32,000 bases of DNA from an uncultured Actinomycetota bacterium (GTDB lineage Bacteria > Actinomycetota > Actinomycetes > Mycobacteriales > Mycobacteriaceae). Numbering within the stretch: position 1 is the stretch's first letter; each line of letters begins with the position of its first letter. This document shows, piece by piece, positions 16,069 through 24,727 of the stretch. A model generated the notes under the pieces. The model had not been told where the DNA came from and did no database searches. It saw only the letters and a list, made by a program, of their open reading frames with translations. Location of the stretch: NCBI GenBank assembly GCA_963814505.1, contig CAWFDM010000020.1, positions 228,993 through 260,992 on the forward strand. The letters run 5' to 3'. The position numbers were made by a program, and so were the translations under genes.

Positions 16069-16113
16069 TGGTGGAGCTAAGGGGACTCGAACCCCTGCCC
16101 CCCACACTGCCAG
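16069..16113 (-). other. 3' half of tRNA-Ala(GGC) (anticodon loop to CCA), att-site-like remnant, copy 1
   Basis: The minus strand reads ctggcag-tgtgg-ggggc-agggg-ttcgagt-cccct-tagctcc-a-cca. This gives a canonical loop C-U-GGC-A-G, a T arm, and the Ala-type acceptor 3' strand (U70 opposite G3). The 5' half is absent: the upstream bases cannot pair with the anticodon or acceptor stems. Confidence 0.6.
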
Positions 16114-16185
16114 AAGCGGGCAGGGTGCCGACCAGGCTCGATAGCAGGCAATTGGGTCTGTAGATGTCGACGTTCAGCGAGTAAC

Positions 16186-16217
16186 TGTCGTCACGGTTGT
16201 CGTCAGGGTTGCCGTCA
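16186..16217 (+). repeat. Three TGYCGTCA boxes at exact 12-bp phasing (arm-type-site-like), set 1
   Basis: TGTCGTCA at 16186, TGTCGTCA at 16198, TGCCGTCA at 16210. The set lies 73 nt from the tRNA-Ala remnant. Confidence 0.6.
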
Positions 16218-16298
16218 ACGGCTCGGATCAGTTCGGCGGAGACCGTGGTTTGTCGGCTGAGCTTCAATCAACTCCGTACAACGACAATCGGTCATCGA

Positions 16299-17957
16299 TC
16301 AGCCCTTTGTGGACACCGAGACGTAATCGACGAGCATCGGCTGCCCGGAAACCGTTGCGGCGGTTGGGCCACCGCCGAACGCGGCCGGGAAACCTCCGCC
16401 CATCGCCACATCCAAGATGATGAAGAAGCCGTGGTGGGTGGCGTTGTCCCAGGCGGCCGCGGGGACCTGGTTTTCGTTGACGGTGAAATAGTTGTTGCCG
16501 TCCAGGTAGTAGCGCAACTGCTCGACGCTCGTACTGCGGTCCAGTTCGACAGCGTAGGTGTGGAAACTCGTTCCGGCGCCCGCCACCGGGCGTTCGCCGG
16601 AGCCGATTCCGGTGGTCTCGTTGAACGGCCCGCCGGGGCTAGTGCCGCCGTGCACAGTGCCGAACACCGAACCGCGGCCGTTGATGTCCTCCATAATGTC
16701 CAGCTCGCCGATGCTTGGCCAGTTGGAGGCACCGACAGGCCGCGCCGCGTCACCGAGCGCCCAAAACGCCGGCCAGTAGCCACGCCCGTTGGTGGTGTCG
16801 ACGTTGGGCTGCTCAATCGACGCCTCGATGCGCAGCACCCCGCCGGGCGGCGCCTGGAAGTCTGTGCGCTGCGTCTCGATCCGGCCCGACGTCCAGTTGC
16901 CGGCGGCGTCTCTGATCGGCTTGATCGCAAGGTGGCCGTTGCCGTCGAGGTAGACGTTGCTGGTGCTGTTGGTCATCGACTCGATTTCGCCGGTGCCCCA
17001 GTTGCCCGCTCCGCCGGGATAGCCGTGGCCCAGATCGTATAGCCAGTTCGAGCCGTTGACCGGGGAGCCGGCGGGGCCCGTGAAGTCGTCACGCCAAATC
17101 GTGGTGAAGCCGGTATCACCAGTGGCCCCGGCAGCGCCGTTGGCGCCGTTGTTCCCGTTGACGCCCGCGTGACCGGCGCTCCCAAACAATCCGGCCGCGC
17201 CGCCCGCGCCTGCGACGCCCCCGGTGCCGCCCGTACCGCCGGCACCAACCACGCCTAAGCCGTTGGCTGGGCCCCCGACCCCACCAGTACCCCCGACCCC
17301 GCCGACACCGCCGGTCCCACCATTGCCGAACAACAGCCCGCCGTGACCGCCGACCCCACCCGCCCCGCCAGCGCCGCCGGTACCACCCATCTGACCCGCG
17401 GCGCCGGCCGCCCCGGTAACCCCAGTTCCCCCGACCCCACCAGTTCCGCCATTACCGAACAATCCCGCCGGCCCGCCGGCACCGCCGGTCTGTCCGGGCA
17501 ACCCAGATCCCCCATCACCACCGTTACCCCACAAAATCCCGCCCGGCCCCCCGGCTTGGCCGGTCCCCGGGACCCCGTTGGTGCCATTACCGATCAGCGG
17601 ACGCCCCAACAACGCGTTGCTGGGTGCATTGATCACGCCCACGACGTCCTGCTCGAGGGTCTGCAACGACGAGGCACCGGCGGCCTCCGCGGCCGCATAA
17701 GCGCCCGACCCCGCGTTGAGGGCCTGCACAAACTGCCGGTGAAACGTCGCGGCCTGCGCACTGATCACCTGAAAGGCCTGCCCATACCCGCCCCACAACG
17801 CCGCAATCGCCGCCGACACCTCATCCCCACCGGCCGCCAACAGCCGCGTCGTCGACACCCGCGCCGCCGCATTAGCCGCATCAATCACCGACCCCAACCC
17901 GACCAAATCCCCCGCCGCCGCCCCCACCGTCTCCGGGCCCACCACCACATACGCCAT
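16299..17957 (-). CDS. PE_PGRS protein with C-terminal GH16 beta-glucanase (laminarinase-like) domain
   Basis: 552 aa. The PE domain '[32 protein letters not shown]' is followed by a PGRS linker. The C-terminal domain carries 'WRDDFTG', 'GRIETQ', 'WPAFWALG' and the catalytic ExDxxE in '[11 protein letters not shown]'. Confidence 0.9.
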   Translation of the reverse strand: MAYVVVGPETVGAAAGDLVGLGSVIDAANAAARVSTTRLLAAGGDEVSAAIAALWGGYGQAFQVISAQAATFHRQFVQALNAGSGAYAAAEAAGASSLQTLEQDVVGVINAPSNALLGRPLIGNGTNGVPGTGQAGGPGGILWGNGGDGGSGLPGQTGGAGGPAGLFGNGGTGGVGGTGVTGAAGAAGQMGGTGGAGGAGGVGGHGGLLFGNGGTGGVGGVGGTGGVGGPANGLGVVGAGGTGGTGGVAGAGGAAGLFGSAGHAGVNGNNGANGAAGATGDTGFTTIWRDDFTGPAGSPVNGSNWLYDLGHGYPGGAGNWGTGEIESMTNSTSNVYLDGNGHLAIKPIRDAAGNWTSGRIETQRTDFQAPPGGVLRIEASIEQPNVDTTNGRGYWPAFWALGDAARPVGASNWPSIGELDIMEDINGRGSVFGTVHGGTSPGGPFNETTGIGSGERPVAGAGTSFHTYAVELDRSTSVEQLRYYLDGNNYFTVNENQVPAAAWDNATHHGFFIILDVAMGGGFPAAFGGGPTAATVSGQPMLVDYVSVSTKG

Positions 17958-18153
17958 CAGACAGCTCCCCTGAACTCAGGACCACTCACCACCACCGCAA
18001 CACCGGCGGCGCCATCGCTGGCAAGACACAGCACACTTGCTCGCAGCCCCTCGGCCTTTTGCGCGCGCTGCACCCGTGTTACGAACGCGTCGGCGAAACC
18101 GGCTACGACGGCCATCATCCGAGCACCGTACCATACCTTTTGGTATGGTACGC
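17126..18153 (-). repeat. 1,028-bp direct duplication, copy A (PE-PGRS module + 196 bp upstream)
   Basis: Identical to 19987..21014 at an offset of 2861 bp, except for one substitution (17708 a vs 20569 c, Ser/Ala). Confidence 0.9.
18127..18152. promoter_or_regulatory. Perfect palindrome CGTACCATACC-TTTT-GGTATGGTACG (operator or terminator), copy A
   Basis: 11-bp arms with a 4-nt spacer. It lies 8 nt downstream of the TetR stop and 170 bp upstream of the PE_PGRS-GH16 start. An identical copy is at 20988-21013. Confidence 0.5.
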
Positions 18154-18159
18154 CGGTGT

Positions 18160-18726
18160 TTACGGCCGTAGCATGAAGTCGAGAAATCGTTCGCGCTGCA
18201 GCGGGGGCTGTTTCTTTGGCGTCGGACCGGATAGGTGCAGCAGTCCGATGCCGGCGGCGAACGTTGTAGCAGCCCTTAGTTCGGCCTCTTCGGCGTCAAA
18301 ACCGTAGTCGCAGAACGCCTGTCGCACGACCTTGAGCAGCCGGCGGTCGGCCGAGCGCACCGCGGCCGCGACGGTCTCATCGGAGTGGGCCCATTCGCGC
18401 ATCGCCCGCTCCAGCGTCCAGAGTCGCGGCCTGACTAGCGAAGCCATCATCTGTGACAGCCGCTCCCGCGGCGGAATGTCGCGCATCCGCTCGATATCGC
18501 GACGGTCTTCGTCACGCAAGTGCGCCCAGGATTCGACCAGCGCCCCGCGATAGGCCCCCATATCGGCGAAATGCCAGTAGAAGCTGCCCTTCGTCACGCC
18601 GAGGCATGCGCAGAGCCGATCGAGTTTGAGCGCATGTAGACCCCCCTCGGCCAGGATCGTGTAGCCGGCCTGCAGCCAATCGTCGACCGTCAGTCGAGCA
18701 TTTCCGGACGTGCGGCGGCTCGCCAT
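18160..18726 (-). CDS. TetR-family transcriptional regulator
   Basis: ATG 18726 was chosen as the start. The HTH is 'LHALKLDRLCACLGVTKGSFYWHFADMGAY'. The 188-aa length is typical. The track start at 18867 would overlap the upstream PE_PGRS gene. Confidence 0.85.
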   Translation of the reverse strand: MASRRTSGNARLTVDDWLQAGYTILAEGGLHALKLDRLCACLGVTKGSFYWHFADMGAYRGALVESWAHLRDEDRRDIERMRDIPPRERLSQMMASLVRPRLWTLERAMREWAHSDETVAAAVRSADRRLLKVVRQAFCDYGFDAEEAELRAATTFAAGIGLLHLSGPTPKKQPPLQRERFLDFMLRP

Positions 18727-18859
18727 GGTCCGCAGCCTACGGATCGTGGTCGAGCGGGCCGCGGTGAGGTGTTCGTAGGCGACGCCATAGAACGGCGCGG
18801 CGGCCTGCACCACCAGTAATGGCGATGAAGCCGGGATCGCCGCCCGGCTTAAGGACGCA

Positions 18860-20818
18860 TCAGTCAAGGTTGAATGACAGCTGAGTCGGGGGCTGGGAGT
18901 TGCTGAGGATCAGCACCGAACTCTGGCTGTTCACGTCGTCATAGGGGAAGCCGTAGGCCAGGTTGTTGATGCTGTCCTCGTGGAAGAACTCTGCGTAGTT
19001 GTTCCACCGCCCCCCCGCCGGATAGTAGGCGGCGACGTTGGCCCATTGATCCGACTCGGTCGCCACACCTCGGTTGAACGCCGCGTCGAGTTCGGCGAGA
19101 AACGCCCCTTGTGCGCCCGTGCCGACGAATGGGCCATCGGCGGCGAAGGTTTGCGCCGTTGTGGGCATCGTCATCGTGTACACCGAGGTGCTGCCCCCGG
19201 TGGGGGTCACGCTGTACACGAACTGGTCGCTGGCGTTGACGTTGCCGTGCACCGTGTAGCCGGGGCCGTTGTAGTTGAACTGGTTGGTTTGATAGGTCGT
19301 CCAGAAGTCATTGATCGGTGAATCAAGCCAGGTGGCCAGGGCTCCGGGCTGGACGGTCCGGGGGGACAAAATCCGCACCGGGCTGCCGTTGGCATCGTTG
19401 ACCATCAGTGACTGGAACGCGGACGGCTCCGTGGCCTTGAACTGCTGGAACACTTGGTCCCGCGACAGAGCCAGGCCACTGGTGCCCGAAAAGCCACTGG
19501 AGTTCTGTGTCACCGTGACTGAGAACGGGAACCCGAACTGGTCCACCTGTGTCGTGTTGCCGCCGAAGGGGACTGCGCCGTTTTTGAAGGTCATCTCATA
19601 CCAGTCGTAGACCGTGCTGTAATTCGGATCGGCAGGATTCGCTGGGTTAGGACCCGCCCAGCCCTTGTTGTCGGGGCTGATGGCGATATAGAGCGGCTGC
19701 TTCTCCGACAGGAATATCCGGGCCCCCTCAAGTTCGGGCGGCATCTGGAAGTTGCCCGCCTGGGCGAGAGTGAACGACATATCGGCGTAGTTCACGCCGT
19801 TCTTCGTGAGGTGGTCTGCGGCGTTGGCGGCGTCGTGGTCGATCGCGTGGGCCACGCCGTTCTGGTCGATCCAAGACCATTGGCCCGGTGTCGTCTGGCC
19901 GATTACAGTCACATAGACCTGGTTGTCGCTCAAACCGGTGTTGTTGGTGAAGACGAAGGTTCCGGTGGAGCCGGTGTGACCGGTGCCCCCGGCAGCGCCG
20001 TTGGCGCCGTTGTTCCCGTTGACGCCCGCGTGACCGGCGCTCCCAAACAATCCGGCCGCGCCGCCCGCGCCTGCGACGCCCCCGGTGCCGCCCGTACCGC
20101 CGGCACCAACCACGCCTAAGCCGTTGGCTGGGCCCCCGACCCCACCAGTACCCCCGACCCCGCCGACACCGCCGGTCCCACCATTGCCGAACAACAGCCC
20201 GCCGTGACCGCCGACCCCACCCGCCCCGCCAGCGCCGCCGGTACCACCCATCTGACCCGCGGCGCCGGCCGCCCCGGTAACCCCAGTTCCCCCGACCCCA
20301 CCAGTTCCGCCATTACCGAACAATCCCGCCGGCCCGCCGGCACCGCCGGTCTGTCCGGGCAACCCAGATCCCCCATCACCACCGTTACCCCACAAAATCC
20401 CGCCCGGCCCCCCGGCTTGGCCGGTCCCCGGGACCCCGTTGGTGCCATTACCGATCAGCGGACGCCCCAACAACGCGTTGCTGGGTGCATTGATCACGCC
20501 CACGACGTCCTGCTCGAGGGTCTGCAACGACGAGGCACCGGCGGCCTCCGCGGCCGCATAAGCGCCCGCCCCCGCGTTGAGGGCCTGCACAAACTGCCGG
20601 TGAAACGTCGCGGCCTGCGCACTGATCACCTGAAAGGCCTGCCCATACCCGCCCCACAACGCCGCAATCGCCGCCGACACCTCATCCCCACCGGCCGCCA
20701 ACAGCCGCGTCGTCGACACCCGCGCCGCCGCATTAGCCGCATCAATCACCGACCCCAACCCGACCAAATCCCCCGCCGCCGCCCCCACCGTCTCCGGGCC
20801 CACCACCACATACGCCAT
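18860..20818 (-). CDS. PE_PGRS protein with C-terminal GH64-like beta-1,3-glucanase domain
   Basis: 652 aa. The N-terminal ~285 aa are the same as in ORF 16299..17957. The C-terminal blocks '[17 protein letters not shown]', 'GARIFLS', '[23 protein letters not shown]', 'VRILSPR', 'INDFWTTY' and 'AYGFPYDDV' match the GH64 laminaripentaose-producing glucanase pattern as I recall it. Confidence 0.85.
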   Translation of the reverse strand: MAYVVVGPETVGAAAGDLVGLGSVIDAANAAARVSTTRLLAAGGDEVSAAIAALWGGYGQAFQVISAQAATFHRQFVQALNAGAGAYAAAEAAGASSLQTLEQDVVGVINAPSNALLGRPLIGNGTNGVPGTGQAGGPGGILWGNGGDGGSGLPGQTGGAGGPAGLFGNGGTGGVGGTGVTGAAGAAGQMGGTGGAGGAGGVGGHGGLLFGNGGTGGVGGVGGTGGVGGPANGLGVVGAGGTGGTGGVAGAGGAAGLFGSAGHAGVNGNNGANGAAGGTGHTGSTGTFVFTNNTGLSDNQVYVTVIGQTTPGQWSWIDQNGVAHAIDHDAANAADHLTKNGVNYADMSFTLAQAGNFQMPPELEGARIFLSEKQPLYIAISPDNKGWAGPNPANPADPNYSTVYDWYEMTFKNGAVPFGGNTTQVDQFGFPFSVTVTQNSSGFSGTSGLALSRDQVFQQFKATEPSAFQSLMVNDANGSPVRILSPRTVQPGALATWLDSPINDFWTTYQTNQFNYNGPGYTVHGNVNASDQFVYSVTPTGGSTSVYTMTMPTTAQTFAADGPFVGTGAQGAFLAELDAAFNRGVATESDQWANVAAYYPAGGRWNNYAEFFHEDSINNLAYGFPYDDVNSQSSVLILSNSQPPTQLSFNLD

Positions 20819-21014
20819 CAGACAGCTCCCCTGAACTCAGGACCACTCACCACCACCGCAACACCGGCGGCGCCATCGCTGGCAAGACACAGCACACTTG
20901 CTCGCAGCCCCTCGGCCTTTTGCGCGCGCTGCACCCGTGTTACGAACGCGTCGGCGAAACCGGCTACGACGGCCATCATCCGAGCACCGTACCATACCTT
21001 TTGGTATGGTACGC
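19987..21014 (-). repeat. 1,028-bp direct duplication, copy B
   Basis: See copy A (17126..18153). It includes the palindrome at 20988-21013. Confidence 0.9.
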
Positions 21015-21043
21015 GGGTTTTCACACTCCGCGATCGCCGTAAC

Positions 21044-22279
21044 CTATGTAGGTCCGGGCCTGCGGATAGCATCGACAAGTTCACCGGCACGCACTGCCAC
21101 GTTCGACAGCAAGGTGGACGCCAGGCCGTGCGTGTGCTCGACCGACCCGTTGAGGTAGATATCTCCCGGTGCCCCCCCTTTAGGGATCAGACGGTAATCC
21201 CGCGTGACGGCGGGACGTCCATCCAGGTCGAATTCGTAACAGCTGGCCAGGTCTCCCAGGAAACTTCGGATGTCCAGCGGCGCATAACCCGTTGCGTAAA
21301 TTACCGCATCGCAGTCCAGCGTCTCCTGCGAGCGGTTGGCCAGGTGGGAGATGATCAGCCGCACGCCGTCGGGAGATTCTTTTGTGTCACTGACTTCGGA
21401 AGCCTTGTGCGTGAACAGCCGTCGATCGCCGGAGACCCGCTCGGAATACTCGCGCGAGTAGAGTTCGTCGATCAGTTGGGGATCGACGGCTGAGTAATTG
21501 GTCGAGCGATGGTAATCGAGCAGTCGTTGCCGCAGCGGTTCGTCAGCGCCGTAGAAGTCGTCGACGGCCGACGGGTCGAAAATCCGGTTGGCGTAAGGAC
21601 TGTCGTCGGCCACGCTGTAACCATATCGAGTGAAGACCGCATGCACTTGGGCCTGCGGGTAAGTCTCATAGAGGTAGGCGACCACCTCGGCTGCGCTTTG
21701 ACCGGCACCGACGACAGCGAATCGCCTTGGCAAAGAAGAGTTTAGCGTGGCGAGACGATCGAGCAATGTGTGGCTATGCCACTGCCGGGCGCTTTCGATA
21801 ACGCCCGCCGGCAGCACGGGGTGCAGACCGGTACCCAAAACCAAGGCCCCTGCCTGTATCTCACATTCGGGTTCGGCCCGAACCGCAAAACCCGACTCGC
21901 CAGGAGTAACCCCGACAACACGGTGTCCGTAGCGCACGTCCGCATTCACCCGGGCGGCTGCCCACTCGAGATAGTCATGGAATTCCAGCCGGCCGGGAAA
22001 GAGAGTGTGCCGGCCGATGAACTCGACCAGCCGATCACGCTCGCTCAGATAATTCAGAAACGTAAACTCGCTCTTGACATTCCGCAATGTCACAAGGTCT
22101 TTGAGGAAGGGCACCTGCATGCGTGCGCCCGGAAGCAGCATGCCCCGGTGCCACCCGAACCGACGTTGAGTCTCCACGAACACGGCCTGCATACCGCGCT
22201 CAGCGAGCGCGATCGCCAACGCGAGATTCGACGGCCCAAACCCGACACCGAGCAGGTCGGTCCTGTCAGGAGTGGACAT
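21044..22279 (-). CDS. Lysine/ornithine N-monooxygenase (IucD/PvdA/SidA family flavoprotein)
   Basis: ATG 22279. The FAD motif is 'LLGVGFGPSNLALAIAL' and the NADPH motif is 'FAVVGAGQSAAE'. 'FTRYGYS' and 'DAVIYATGY' are also present. The start overlaps the upstream acyltransferase stop by 14 nt. Confidence 0.85.
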   Translation of the reverse strand: MSTPDRTDLLGVGFGPSNLALAIALAERGMQAVFVETQRRFGWHRGMLLPGARMQVPFLKDLVTLRNVKSEFTFLNYLSERDRLVEFIGRHTLFPGRLEFHDYLEWAAARVNADVRYGHRVVGVTPGESGFAVRAEPECEIQAGALVLGTGLHPVLPAGVIESARQWHSHTLLDRLATLNSSLPRRFAVVGAGQSAAEVVAYLYETYPQAQVHAVFTRYGYSVADDSPYANRIFDPSAVDDFYGADEPLRQRLLDYHRSTNYSAVDPQLIDELYSREYSERVSGDRRLFTHKASEVSDTKESPDGVRLIISHLANRSQETLDCDAVIYATGYAPLDIRSFLGDLASCYEFDLDGRPAVTRDYRLIPKGGAPGDIYLNGSVEHTHGLASTLLSNVAVRAGELVDAIRRPGPT

Positions 22280-23072
22280 GAGAACGAACCAACCGTTCGA
22301 GATAGCGTTCACGCACCATCGCCCGGTTGATCAAGACGACGAAATCCGCCATGTCGAAATCCCGATCGTAGGAGGGCTCTCCGCAGATCAACCCGCCGAT
22401 CCGCAGACAGCCCTGCACCATCGGCGGAATACGTACCCGCCCAGGGTCCGGCAATTCGGAGAGAGCTAATCCATTGACCTGAACCGGGTTTCGAGGTACC
22501 ACCCGGTATTGCGGGGGCGCGGGATGGGCGCCGAACGCCGCGTCGCGAACGCCGCGCACCAACGCGCCCCGCGCCCCGCCGCCTTCCATCCGGACCGACA
22601 GGCACCCGATTCCCCATTCGTAGCCGGTGATTTCCTGGTAGCGCAGGATCCCTGCCCACAGCAGCCCCATCACCGCGCCATTGCGGTGTGCCGCATGCAC
22701 GCTTACCCGGCCAATTTCGACGAGTTTGGGGCGCAACTGGTTTAGGCCGCCGATGTCGAAGATGGTGTCGGCGAACAGCCCTCCGGCGGCTTTGGCGCCC
22801 TCGGGTGGCAGCAGTCGGTAGCAGCCCACGATTTGGCCAGTGGTCTTGTCTCTCGCCAGCACGTGATCGCTGTGCGGATCGAACTGGTCGACATCGATCA
22901 TTTCGCCGGTCAGTGGTCCACGAACAGCTTGGGGCAGTGCCGCTCCCATTTCTTCGGCAAACGTCTGATAGCGCAACCGCTGGGCGGCTTCGATGTCGGC
23001 GGGGTCGGTGGAAATCATGACGCTGTAGCGACCGGTATCGGTCGCCGGAATCAGGGTCGCGTCACCCACCAT
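22266..23072 (-). CDS. OlsB/hemolysin-like GNAT N-acyltransferase (Acetyltransf_5-type)
   Basis: 'AQRLRYQTFAEEMGA', 'DVDQFDPHSDHVLARD', 'VGCYRLLPP', 'VEIGRVSVHAAHRNG..LLWAGILRY', 'PPMVQGCLRIGG' and 'DFDMADFVVL' follow the lyso-ornithine-lipid synthase / N-acyl amino acid synthase pattern. An alternative start is ATG 23018. Confidence 0.8.
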   Translation of the reverse strand: MVGDATLIPATDTGRYSVMISTDPADIEAAQRLRYQTFAEEMGAALPQAVRGPLTGEMIDVDQFDPHSDHVLARDKTTGQIVGCYRLLPPEGAKAAGGLFADTIFDIGGLNQLRPKLVEIGRVSVHAAHRNGAVMGLLWAGILRYQEITGYEWGIGCLSVRMEGGGARGALVRGVRDAAFGAHPAPPQYRVVPRNPVQVNGLALSELPDPGRVRIPPMVQGCLRIGGLICGEPSYDRDFDMADFVVLINRAMVRERYLERLVRSHVHS

Positions 23073-23176
23073 GCCGGAAGACTACCCAAACCTGCCTTCC
23101 GCGATGCGGGATTCGAGCGCGGTCCCCCGGTCCTGGACGTCGCGGGAACGCTACCGCTCCGCGGTTACCGACCGGA

Positions 23177-24727
23177 TCACTCGTCGACCGGAGCAAACTT
23201 GCGTTGGCGCGCGCCGATCGCGATGAGTATGGCCGTGCCCACCGCGGCGACGGTCGCGGCGATTGCGGCGGCCACCAGCGCGGCCTGCATTCCATCGGCG
23301 CTCGCCTGCCGGGCTACCCGCGCAATAGCCGGTAGCGCCGGCCGGAAGCCGGCCGGCAGGAAATCGAGTACCCGCAGACCAGCGCCCGCCGACAATCTGT
23401 CGATGAGTTGGTTCACCGGGCCTTGATCGACACCATGGAGTTTGGCGAGCCCCCCTCGGGCGCCGTCGCCCGCGTGCCGGCTGAACAGGGCACCCAGGCC
23501 GGCAACCCCGGCCAAAATGCCGACCTGACGAACCGTACTCACCGCGCCGGTCGCCATTCCGGCATCCGCGACCGGAACGAATTCCAGTGCGATGTCAGAC
23601 GTCAACGCGAACAGGCCACCCAGACCCAGACCGGCCACGATCGAACCACCGATGAAATGCGTCCATTGGATGCTTTCGGTCACCCCGGTCATCAGCCATA
23701 GGCCCGCCGCGATCAGCACTACCCCACCGGATATCGACATCCAGGCCGGGAAGTAGCGTGCGGCGGTCATGGCCAGCGGGGCGCCCAGCACGCACGCGAT
23801 GGTCAGCGGAAGGGCTCGCAGGCCGGCCTGAAATGGGCTGTATCCCAGGGTGTTCATGAAGTAGAGCGCCAGGTAGTTGGTCGAGGCGATCAGTGTCCCG
23901 GCCGCCGCGAAGGCCGCGAGCGATACCCCTGCGAATCCCGGTCGACGCACGACCCGCAGGTCGAGCATTGGGGCGGCCACGCGCGATTCCCACCAAACAA
24001 AAAACATCAGGGCTAGGGCGCAGAACGCGCCGAGCGCCAGGATCAGCGTGCTGGCCCAACCGAGGTGATTGCCTTCGATCAACACATACACACCCGCGAA
24101 CAGCGCAGCCGAGAGCGCGGCCGTGCCGAGCAGGTCGAGTGGGCGGTCTTGCGCGGCGCGGGTTTCCGGAACGAACCACACCGCGATCGCCAGAGCCGCC
24201 ACCCCGATCGGCACATTGATCAAGAAGATCGATTCCCAGCCGAAAGCTACGACCAGTGCTCCACCGAGCAACGGGCCGACAGCGGCACCCGCCCCCATCA
24301 CGGCGCCGTAGATCGCGATGGCTATGCCTCTGCTTCGCTGTTCTGGAAACGCCGCAGCCACCATCGGCAGTGAGACGCCGAGCAACACCGCTCCACCGGC
24401 ACCCTGCAGCGCCCGGCACGAGTTCAGCATCTCGATGCTGCCGGACAGTGCGCAGCCGGCCGAAGCGAGTGTGAATACCGTCATTCCGACCAGGTACAGA
24501 CGCCGCCGCCCAAGTCGGTCCCCCAAGGTGGCCGTCGTGAGCAGCAGCCCCGCCATGGGCAGCGCGTAGGCGTCCACCACCCACTGCAGTCCACTGAGTT
24601 CGGCGTCCAGGGATGCCTGAATGTTGGCAAGAGCGGCCGAGACGATGGTCATGTCGAGCAGCAGCATGAAGACCGCGAGGCAGACCGCCACCATGGTCAG
24701 GCGAGCGGTGGCCCGGGGGGAAACCAC
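23177..24727 (-). CDS. MFS transporter, DHA2 (EmrB/QacA, 14-TMS) type
   Basis: 516 aa. 'LDMTIVSAALANIQASL..LQWVVDAYAL' and 'GDRLGRRRLYLVGMTVF' are present. Many hydrophobic segments run along the whole length. Confidence 0.9.
   Translation of the reverse strand: MVSPRATARLTMVAVCLAVFMLLLDMTIVSAALANIQASLDAELSGLQWVVDAYALPMAGLLLTTATLGDRLGRRRLYLVGMTVFTLASAGCALSGSIEMLNSCRALQGAGGAVLLGVSLPMVAAAFPEQRSRGIAIAIYGAVMGAGAAVGPLLGGALVVAFGWESIFLINVPIGVAALAIAVWFVPETRAAQDRPLDLLGTAALSAALFAGVYVLIEGNHLGWASTLILALGAFCALALMFFVWWESRVAAPMLDLRVVRRPGFAGVSLAAFAAAGTLIASTNYLALYFMNTLGYSPFQAGLRALPLTIACVLGAPLAMTAARYFPAWMSISGGVVLIAAGLWLMTGVTESIQWTHFIGGSIVAGLGLGGLFALTSDIALEFVPVADAGMATGAVSTVRQVGILAGVAGLGALFSRHAGDGARGGLAKLHGVDQGPVNQLIDRLSAGAGLRVLDFLPAGFRPALPAIARVARQASADGMQAALVAAAIAATVAAVGTAILIAIGARQRKFAPVDE

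Noticed and set aside
16040-16150. A possible complete tRNA or tmRNA gene on the minus strand (T arm plus ACCA end).
   Set aside because: Only positions ~32-76 of a tRNA-Ala are present. The upstream bases cannot form the 5' acceptor, D arm or 5' anticodon-stem strands. The T arm and acceptor sequence also differ from the mycobacterial tmRNA 3' end as I recall it. I therefore interpret it as an att remnant.
17343-21493. Plus-strand ORFs 17343..18176 (277 aa) and 20204..21493 (429 aa), which look like a repeated gene.
   Set aside because: They are antisense shadows of the duplicated PE-PGRS module (Pro/Arg-rich). They repeat only because the underlying 1,028-bp duplication repeats.
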